IMG/VR virus record: IMGVR_UViG_3300012665_001507
Reading direction: 5' to 3' (one strand)
Source of the DNA: a virus
Length of the DNA stretch: 64,000 nucleotides
Part shown: positions 56,897 through 64,000 of the stretch, piece after piece
Layout of the letters: each line of letters begins with the position of its first letter
How positions within the stretch are numbered: the first letter of the stretch is position 1
Made by a program: the position numbers and the translations under genes
The notes under the pieces: model-generated
Told to the model about the DNA's origin: nothing
Database searches by the model: none
Seen by the model: the letters and a program-made list of their open reading frames with translations, nothing else

Positions 56897-57849
56897 TAGA
56901 TATCCTTATCTTCTGGTTTAAAAGCACCCATAAGAAGCTTTGTAATACCTTTGTTACCTAATTTTTCATATATTTTAGACGGGTCATACCCCTCTGGTGG
57001 TCTCACTAATTTGATTCTACCTCTCAGATTACCAAAATTCAATTGTTTGTAAAGACTTTTAGCATCTTCCCACGCATCATCATCCAAAACAATCACAATA
57101 AAGCCAGCAGCTTTGTCATGTAATAATTCTAAAAGGTTATTTGAAAGGATTTTACCTAACAATGGGATAGAATTTGGTGTTACTATATGGTCAGTTGCAC
57201 CTTCCACTAAATAAACCGTTGCATCTAAGTTTAACCTACCCTCATTAAATATAATTTCTTGTTTCTCAGCATCTGGGTTTAGATATTTTAGCTTCGTGTA
57301 TTCTTTATCGAACCACCTAGCAATAAAATAATTCAATTCACCTTCCGAATCATAGGATGGGATAATTATTCTATTAAAAAATTTACCTTTATATGTGTAA
57401 CCAATATCAAATTCATCTATAATACCATCAGTGATACCTCTAGTTTTTAAATAATTTAACGCTAAATTTGCTTTGTAGTCTTTTTCAGTGCAATCTGAAA
57501 GTCTTTTATACCCTTCTGGTAAAGTTAATATTACTCGCTCACGTTCTCTATCAGTAATAAACTCAGCATCTGGTTTTACCAATAAGTAATCTCGTATATT
57601 TTTAGGGGTTGCGTATTTTTTAAGGAGTTTCATGACTGGCCCATGCATGCGATTTGTTTCATGGCATGACCAACATTTATACTTATTCATTTGGTAGTTA
57701 ATCTCTAAGTTACCCTTACCATCACCATCTACCAAACCTTTTTCAGCAGAGCATGCTGGACAATCAAATGCGATTTGCCCAGTATCCTCATTATGTTTTC
57801 TAGCATCACCCAAAAAACTTTCCAATATGTTAACTAATAACATTGCCAT
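56893..57849 (-). CDS. DNA primase
   Basis: CPAC..CWSC zinc finger, RIIIP, KYLN, VEGATD, LDDD TOPRIM. Confidence 0.9.
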   Translation of the reverse strand: MAMLLVNILESFLGDARKHNEDTGQIAFDCPACSAEKGLVDGDGKGNLEINYQMNKYKCWSCHETNRMHGPVMKLLKKYATPKNIRDYLLVKPDAEFITDRERERVILTLPEGYKRLSDCTEKDYKANLALNYLKTRGITDGIIDEFDIGYTYKGKFFNRIIIPSYDSEGELNYFIARWFDKEYTKLKYLNPDAEKQEIIFNEGRLNLDATVYLVEGATDHIVTPNSIPLLGKILSNNLLELLHDKAAGFIVIVLDDDAWEDAKSLYKQLNFGNLRGRIKLVRPPEGYDPSKIYEKLGNKGITKLLMGAFKPEDKDIY

Positions 57850-57866
57850 TCGACAAAGGTACGAAA

Positions 57867-58130
57867 TTAATTCTGATTTTCCAAATAAATTTTAGAAATA
57901 TAGTTTTCAATGATTAATTTGGTAATCCTTTCTTTTTTGAGATGGAATTTGGTGTCGTTGAGATATTTCTTACGAATGGTCTTATAAGTATGAAGAATAG
58001 CTGTATCACGTAGATTGTAAGTCATATCAACACCATACTCTAAATTGTATTCTGACAATTTAATTTCTACGTAGTATTTGATGTAGTTTAATAACTCATC
58101 ATTGGTGTTGTCGATATCTATGCTTTCCAT
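57867..58130 (-). CDS. Hypothetical protein
   Basis: ORF track. Confidence 0.5.
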   Translation of the reverse strand: MESIDIDNTNDELLNYIKYYVEIKLSEYNLEYGVDMTYNLRDTAILHTYKTIRKKYLNDTKFHLKKERITKLIIENYISKIYLENQN

Positions 58131-58765
58131 GCTTCAATCTTGTTCATATAACCACGTGCAGCGGTATAAGCATCAGATGTGTCAAAAGTTTCTTTCTTTA
58201 ATTTGTTGTTTTTGTCATAGAACCAACTAACTTGTGGTTCTAACTCAGCAACTTTTTCCCAAAGAACATATTTCTTATCAACATCAAAAGGAAAATCACC
58301 AAACAACACAGGAACGTTCTTAGCGATTTGTTTTTCTAATAGAGGTGTTCCATCCTTTTTTGTTTTTCTAATAGCCATAAGCTCTGGAAATGCATATTTA
58401 CGTGCATCGTAAGATGAGATGAATTCTGGTACAATCCCCAAAGTATCATAAACAGATTTTGAAATCATTCCATTGAATCTTAATAACGTTGCGATTGTAT
58501 AAACGTTGTTTGATTGAAGAAGTGGTTCTTCAATTACAACTCTGGTAATACCAAAATCACTATAGTGTGAAAGGAATTCGTTTTCAAAGATTTCAACTTT
58601 TTTAAACAATTCTTCCATTTTATTATCTGGTTTTGGTTTTACTTTAGGTGATACGTGGTGCAACAATTTAAGCTCACCTTTATGTCCTAAGTCTTCAAAT
58701 AATGCAATACCTATAGTAGATGTTGATACATCTAACGCCAATAAAAATTCTGGTTCTTTTGTCAT
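58118..58765 (-). CDS. RuvC-like Holliday junction resolvase
   Basis: LALDVSTSTIG, VVIEE, D.SDA. Confidence 0.8.
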   Translation of the reverse strand: MTKEPEFLLALDVSTSTIGIALFEDLGHKGELKLLHHVSPKVKPKPDNKMEELFKKVEIFENEFLSHYSDFGITRVVIEEPLLQSNNVYTIATLLRFNGMISKSVYDTLGIVPEFISSYDARKYAFPELMAIRKTKKDGTPLLEKQIAKNVPVLFGDFPFDVDKKYVLWEKVAELEPQVSWFYDKNNKLKKETFDTSDAYTAARGYMNKIEAWKA

Positions 58766-58813
58766 AATACTTTTTTTATTATTAATTTAAGTTATTACTT
58801 AAAAAAATAAAGC

Positions 58814-60016
58814 TTAAAGTGTGATTTTTATTCCTAACGCCAAAAATTCATTAACATTTTTAGTAATGTGTCTATCAGTTTTAGCAACAGCAATAAGGTT
58901 ACCACTATCATCAAATAACCCAACTTCACTGATTCTAGGTATATCACCAATATCAAATGTTGGGTTTGTTGTTGAACCGAATTCACCTCTATCAGCAATA
59001 CATGTAACGCTTTGGTAAACGTTTGTTGAAACACTGTTAAACATTACAGTTGTAGCTGTTGATGCTGATTGAACAAAATTATTAACGATTGTTGGGTCGG
59101 TAATTACGGCAAACCCTTTATCTAAATAAACCATACCAACTAGTGTATCAGCAGTAACAGCTAAGTTAGAATTTGTTTGAAAATTATATGTTTGTTTATG
59201 ATTTAACGAGAATGGTTTTTCAGTATTATAACCAGTAGCCCAACTCAAAGATGCGTCACCACCATTTGGTCTCATAATATCATCAGAAACCAAAGCAGCA
59301 ATATTCTCACCAAATTGATTTGTTTGAAGTGCATTATCAGCAATCAAAGTATCTAATGTCATTAATGTATTATTACCACCCAAATATGTTGAATACATAG
59401 TGTACGTACCAGCAGATGTAGGTAATTCAAGTTTAAATGTTTTACCATCAATACACTCACCATAGTTAGCGTTATTGATTGCAATCACAAGAATTTTTGT
59501 TGCACTAAGTGCACTCAAAGCAGTGTCAGAGTAACCACCGTTTGTGTATGTAACACCAGTATATCTTGTGTCGTCATTTGTGTTTAAAGGTAAACCAAAA
59601 GAATAATACAAATTAACCAAATTGTCAGTTGTTACGTCATTTCTATTAATCAATGATTTTGTCAAACTAGCTCCACTAACTGTAACCATACCATTAGGGA
59701 TAATTTCAGATAAAATATTAATTGATTGTGAAGAAACAGGTTTTGTCAACACACCGCTAGAATTTACAATAAGCATAGTTTTCATACCAACAGATTGTGT
59801 TGTACTGTTACTAATTGTAGAATTAGGACCAATATCACCACCAACCCCAGGAATCTCTCCCGTAGCTAGTGTTAGGTTGGTATAGTAATTAGCATCAGAA
59901 TCACCAAGACTAAAAGTTTTGATTAATGCGTTATTGGTAGACACCATTTTTTGTCTACCTAGTGGAGTTAACTTAGCCGTTAACGTAAGTGTCGTTGCAG
60001 TGTTATTGTATCCCAT
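58814..60016 (-). CDS. Virion structural protein (baseplate/tail-associated)
   Basis: LTPLGR N-terminus and ISEVGLFD..GNLIAVAK C-terminus, paralogous to the next gene. Confidence 0.6.
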   Translation of the reverse strand: MGYNNTATTLTLTAKLTPLGRQKMVSTNNALIKTFSLGDSDANYYTNLTLATGEIPGVGGDIGPNSTISNSTTQSVGMKTMLIVNSSGVLTKPVSSQSINILSEIIPNGMVTVSGASLTKSLINRNDVTTDNLVNLYYSFGLPLNTNDDTRYTGVTYTNGGYSDTALSALSATKILVIAINNANYGECIDGKTFKLELPTSAGTYTMYSTYLGGNNTLMTLDTLIADNALQTNQFGENIAALVSDDIMRPNGGDASLSWATGYNTEKPFSLNHKQTYNFQTNSNLAVTADTLVGMVYLDKGFAVITDPTIVNNFVQSASTATTVMFNSVSTNVYQSVTCIADRGEFGSTTNPTFDIGDIPRISEVGLFDDSGNLIAVAKTDRHITKNVNEFLALGIKITL

Positions 60017-62151
60017 TAGAAGTCCATTGATAATTCAAGCATTATTGTGTTTCCACCAGCTAAAGGAACTGGGTTAGATAATTTACCAATACATACTAGG
60101 TTTCTATCTGTATCGTAAATACCTACCTCAGTAATTTTGATATTTGGTGGGTTTGTTGACATATCTTTGCTTCTAGTCGGGTTAGTAGTTGCATTGAACT
60201 GACTAGCGTTAACTCTAATATCAAAGATTGTTTTGTATATTGTCGCACCGATGAATGTTGTTAAATTCCCGTAGAAGAATCTTTCATCACCGAATTGTAA
60301 TTGTTCTGGTTGTGTGTTGGCTGGTAAATTCAACGCTGCAATAATACTAAATGTAGTTGCTGAATTATCTTTTAATTTATCAATGATAAAACCAGTCGTT
60401 GTTGGTGTTTGACCTTCTAATAATTTAGGGTCAATTGTTTCACCAGCACCACCAGTAATCGCTGTGGTTGTAAAGTCAAAAGCTTTCCATGCTCCTGGGT
60501 CTGGGCGGTCAGTTGGGTCTTGCACCATTTGATAAACCAATTTGAATTTATCGGCATAGAAACCATAACCATCATAACCAGATTCTAATTTACGCATGTA
60601 AGGTAATAAATCTGTTTCGTTGATTCTAAACGCAACATCTTTTGCAGCCGATGTATTGTTTGTTATTTTGATATATTCTTGACAAGACATAGATGTCGTT
60701 AAACCAGTACCTGTTGTGTTTTCTAAAATGTATGTTAAATACATTGTATCATTAATAGCCAACACCCCAGTAGACGTACCACCAGTTGGTGCTTGTAATG
60801 TTGCACCCAATTCTGGAAGTGTCCAGTTTCTATTTGATTTGTAAGACGTTGCCGCAACAATTTCGTCATCATGAATAACACACGTTTTTAATTGTGGGTA
60901 AATTCTACCAACAACTTTAGGTGTTGATGCCGCAGCAATCAAAGTTGGGTCCTCAATTAAATCAATATATTCAATATCACTGTTGGTTATTACTTGTGTT
61001 GCACCTGTAGCTATGAATGTCATACCCATAGATGTTCCACTACCCGTAGTACCAGAGTATCTATGGTACATTAAATCTGGCATATATAAACTTAAATATT
61101 TACCAGATGCTGAATCAGTGTAGAAAAACTCACCATATAAGTTAGAAATAGTATTATTTGTGTAGTGAATAATAGAAATAGATTTAACTACTTCGTCTGG
61201 ATAGCTCATACCTGGCCCGTTACAATTAAATGTAAGTGTTTCACCAGTTGATTGACAAAGATATTCTAAGTAAGGATTTTTAGTACCTAAGTATCTATAA
61301 GAACCAAACTTGGTATAATTTTCATATAAGTTAGTAGTTGATAACCCAGTGATACCAGCAATGTCTTCACACCACACATTGTTCATGTTCCAAACTGGAA
61401 CATCATGACATGTAATGTTTACATTCGAGTCAAAAGATAAAGTACCAGAATCCCAATAAGCAGTGGTTGTTCCAGTAGAGATTGTTTCATAAACCTCACC
61501 ACCTCTGTAAACAATAACTTGGGTTGATGCAGTTTGAGAATGCAAGTTAGGTAAATTTCTATCAACCGTTACGTAACCAGCACCAGTTGCTTGAACCTTA
61601 AACCAAAGATTTGGAAGTGCTCTACTGTTTTCATTATTTACAATATTACCAACAGTGTCGTTTGCTAATTTAATTAACATAACATCACCAACATGAATAT
61701 CGGTAGTTGTAATAGCAAAGCTAGTCCCACCAGTAAATACTGAATTTGATACGTTAGTAAAATATGGTGTATACGTTGACCCCGTAAGTGTTGTGAACGT
61801 TGAACCAGAACGTTGAAAGAAACCTCTTTCGTCAGCTTCATTATTTACAATAGCTTTAACAACGTTTAACACTGAACCATTTACCGCTTGAAATGGGTCA
61901 CTAGCACCGTTAGGTGTTATGAATGTTTTGATGTTTGGTTGTCTATCGAATGGTCTAAACACAGCACTAGTTGCTGATAATGTTACGTCAGTAGGGTTTG
62001 CGTCCACAATAGCTTCTCTATTGTAGTTAATTTCAGAATCACCAATCGCCCAATAGTTAAAATTTAATTTACCTTGTGCTAATTGTTCTCTACCTTTTTG
62101 TGTTAACTTTATGCTAACAAACGGACTTGTGCTTTTAATTATGTAACTCAT
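60016..62151 (-). CDS. Virion structural protein (baseplate/tail-associated)
   Basis: KLTQKGR N-terminus and ITEVGIYD..NLVCIGK C-terminus. Confidence 0.6.
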   Translation of the reverse strand: MSYIIKSTSPFVSIKLTQKGREQLAQGKLNFNYWAIGDSEINYNREAIVDANPTDVTLSATSAVFRPFDRQPNIKTFITPNGASDPFQAVNGSVLNVVKAIVNNEADERGFFQRSGSTFTTLTGSTYTPYFTNVSNSVFTGGTSFAITTTDIHVGDVMLIKLANDTVGNIVNNENSRALPNLWFKVQATGAGYVTVDRNLPNLHSQTASTQVIVYRGGEVYETISTGTTTAYWDSGTLSFDSNVNITCHDVPVWNMNNVWCEDIAGITGLSTTNLYENYTKFGSYRYLGTKNPYLEYLCQSTGETLTFNCNGPGMSYPDEVVKSISIIHYTNNTISNLYGEFFYTDSASGKYLSLYMPDLMYHRYSGTTGSGTSMGMTFIATGATQVITNSDIEYIDLIEDPTLIAAASTPKVVGRIYPQLKTCVIHDDEIVAATSYKSNRNWTLPELGATLQAPTGGTSTGVLAINDTMYLTYILENTTGTGLTTSMSCQEYIKITNNTSAAKDVAFRINETDLLPYMRKLESGYDGYGFYADKFKLVYQMVQDPTDRPDPGAWKAFDFTTTAITGGAGETIDPKLLEGQTPTTTGFIIDKLKDNSATTFSIIAALNLPANTQPEQLQFGDERFFYGNLTTFIGATIYKTIFDIRVNASQFNATTNPTRSKDMSTNPPNIKITEVGIYDTDRNLVCIGKLSNPVPLAGGNTIMLELSMDF

Positions 62152-62207
62152 ATTTTATAAATATCTTTTTCTTTATTTTAGTTATAAATATCTAATAGTA
62201 AATAATA

Positions 62208-63638
62208 TTAATACGAATTTATCGAATTACTTTGGATTACTACTGGAATAATTTCACTATATGATGTGCTGTTAAGGTTATCACCACAAATAGTTGTATA
62301 ATTTTTTTCATTTCTCACTCTATAGTATAGTGTCGTACCAACTGTTCCGCTGGCAACAAAACCTAAATTATAAAAACTAACACCAACTTCATAATCAGTG
62401 GTACCACTAAAATATAATGAACTAAAGGTGTCACCAGTTGAAACTTCTAACGCAAAATAACCATTTTTAGCGGTTGGTGTTTCAGCTATACTCCACGTCA
62501 CTATTGGTGTGCTTGTGTTTAACCCCATTGCAGAACCAGTTCTAGGGAAATAAACTATTGTAATAATATCACCAACCATCAACATACCTTCAAGAATAAG
62601 TCTTTTAGGGTTAGATATTGATTGGAAAAAATCGATATTATTTGCCAAAGTAGCACCATTCAACATTACAATAACACTAGCACCATCTTGTGGTGTAACT
62701 GAAGCATAAATCTCATACTTGTCAGTTGTTGTGTTATAATAAACTTCATTAGAGCCTTGGCCATCTGTAGCACCACTAACTATTGGCGAATTAACATTTA
62801 AGTTATCACTAACCATATTATAACCACCACCAGTTGAGTAGATAACAGTGATAATATCATCTGAGAACGTTTCACCACTCAAGAATACTACGTTACCAAC
62901 AAATGAATAATCTTGATTCAAAGCCAAAACCAAACCATTTAACGTAACAACAAAATCACCAATAACACCATTTTGGATGTTGAAGGTGGTTTGACCATTT
63001 GTAGGTATTATTACTTGTTGTCTTAATTGACCTATTTGAGCTAAGTTGCTATTATTTTGTGTTAACACAGGAATCTCAGCTTGTTTCATTGCAATGAAAT
63101 AATAATCAAATTCTTTGTCGTAAATACCATATTCTGTACCAGAAATAAATGTTGATGTATCAACAGTTTTGTTTAATTTACCCAAGAAATCAGTACACAC
63201 ACCAAAAGAATAGTATGGTTTAATTATGTATTCACCATCAAGAGTTAATCCACTAGATGGGACATATTGTGTTGTTATGTTGGTGGCACTAAATGTTGAA
63301 TAATCCAACGTTTCTGATTTATATACAGGCGTTGAGCTAAAACCACTAAATATATCTGAATATTTATAAACCTCAAATTTAAACAGTGCACTGGTATCTA
63401 TAAAAGACCTAGTGTTTGCTGTGAAATCAAAAGTTAACGGAATATTTTGTGTATTGGCAGAAATAATATAAGACGTACCGCTAGTTGAACCAGTGCAATC
63501 TATTTTAGACGCACCACTAAGTGAATATTGTGGACTTTCAAAAATACAAATATCTGAACTCATATTGACGTTCAGAATATCTTTGTTTCTTACAGCACCA
63601 TTTTCATTTTGAATATATATTGGTTCTTGATATCTCAT
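62208..63638 (-). CDS. Virion structural protein with V.LNG repeats
   Basis: Two V.LNG..L....D beta repeats; T/S/G-rich. Confidence 0.55.
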   Translation of the reverse strand: MRYQEPIYIQNENGAVRNKDILNVNMSSDICIFESPQYSLSGASKIDCTGSTSGTSYIISANTQNIPLTFDFTANTRSFIDTSALFKFEVYKYSDIFSGFSSTPVYKSETLDYSTFSATNITTQYVPSSGLTLDGEYIIKPYYSFGVCTDFLGKLNKTVDTSTFISGTEYGIYDKEFDYYFIAMKQAEIPVLTQNNSNLAQIGQLRQQVIIPTNGQTTFNIQNGVIGDFVVTLNGLVLALNQDYSFVGNVVFLSGETFSDDIITVIYSTGGGYNMVSDNLNVNSPIVSGATDGQGSNEVYYNTTTDKYEIYASVTPQDGASVIVMLNGATLANNIDFFQSISNPKRLILEGMLMVGDIITIVYFPRTGSAMGLNTSTPIVTWSIAETPTAKNGYFALEVSTGDTFSSLYFSGTTDYEVGVSFYNLGFVASGTVGTTLYYRVRNEKNYTTICGDNLNSTSYSEIIPVVIQSNSINSY

Positions 63639-63880
63639 TAGTAATTTATTTCTAGTGTAACCATTGTTTTATTATAACTATCCTTTAACCCAAAAGATTG
63701 TGGAATAATCAAAGCAGCGGTTTCTTCTGCTCTTGTTAAGTTTTGTAAATACCCAACAAAACCATTCAAGTTAATGTAGTCTTCTCGTTGTATTTCACCC
63801 GTAATATTAGAAATGTAACGAATATCGTCTATGACATTCGTTAACACCTCACCTTGTATATTTTTTATAAATTGTGTCAT
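63638..63880 (-). CDS. Hypothetical protein
   Basis: ORF track, coupled. Confidence 0.55.
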   Translation of the reverse strand: MTQFIKNIQGEVLTNVIDDIRYISNITGEIQREDYINLNGFVGYLQNLTRAEETAALIIPQSFGLKDSYNKTMVTLEINY

Positions 63881-63884
63881 AACA

Positions 63885-64000
63885 TTATGGTTTTCTAAAG
63901 ACTGCTCTACCAGCTTTTAATAAATAAAGACCACCAGATGGCATAGATGTATCAGCATCAGCTTGAGCATCATTATCATATGGACCGTATGTTTTAATAC
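63885..64000 (-). CDS. 3' end of a gene truncated by the window edge
   Basis: ...IKTYGPYDNDAQADADTSMPSGGLYLLKAGRAVFRKP*. Confidence 0.55.
   Translation of the reverse strand, partial: IKTYGPYDNDAQADADTSMPSGGLYLLKAGRAVFRKP

Noticed and set aside
1-64000. Genome-wide stop-codon reassignment (code 15 or code 4)
   Set aside because: Long genes are intact in code 11, and both TAG and TGA end many genes; internal stops are limited to a few translation-related loci

Overview
AT-rich, densely coded segment of a large (jumbo-type) dsDNA phage whose host is most likely a Bacteroidota: the Bacteroidota -7 promoter TAnnTTTG recurs before about 20 genes. Most genes are on the minus strand. Content: an RNA/DNA repair and counter-defence block (2H phosphoesterase, Pth2-like, WGR-PARP, two RNA ligases, DNA ligase, HD hydrolase, PNK-CPDase, CCA-adding enzyme); a repeat-rich fibre; a 12-tRNA array; more tRNAs including an amber suppressor; tmRNA next to ClpP; DnaJ; a TROVE/vWA (DUF2828-like) protein; RNase HII; lysis enzymes; acidic internal-type proteins; sigma-70; SbcCD, primase, RuvC-like; and virion structural genes. 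The most striking part is a translation-surveillance region at about 19-29 kb. (1) A 32-codon leader ORF and alternative terminator/antiterminator hairpins precede the tRNA array, and the leader codons sample all ten anticodon types encoded downstream, suggesting an attenuator that switches the array on when those tRNAs are depleted. (2) Several genes are gated by in-frame stop codons: an RF1-like gene with two UGA, a Pth2 gene starting ATG-AAA-TAG directly behind a CUA suppressor tRNA, and an MM*ILRAPP mini-ORF. (3) Four related stem-closed CWGCAA ncRNA-like elements occur, one of them behind the TROVE/vWA gene. All calls were made by eye from sequence and motifs; no database searches were run.
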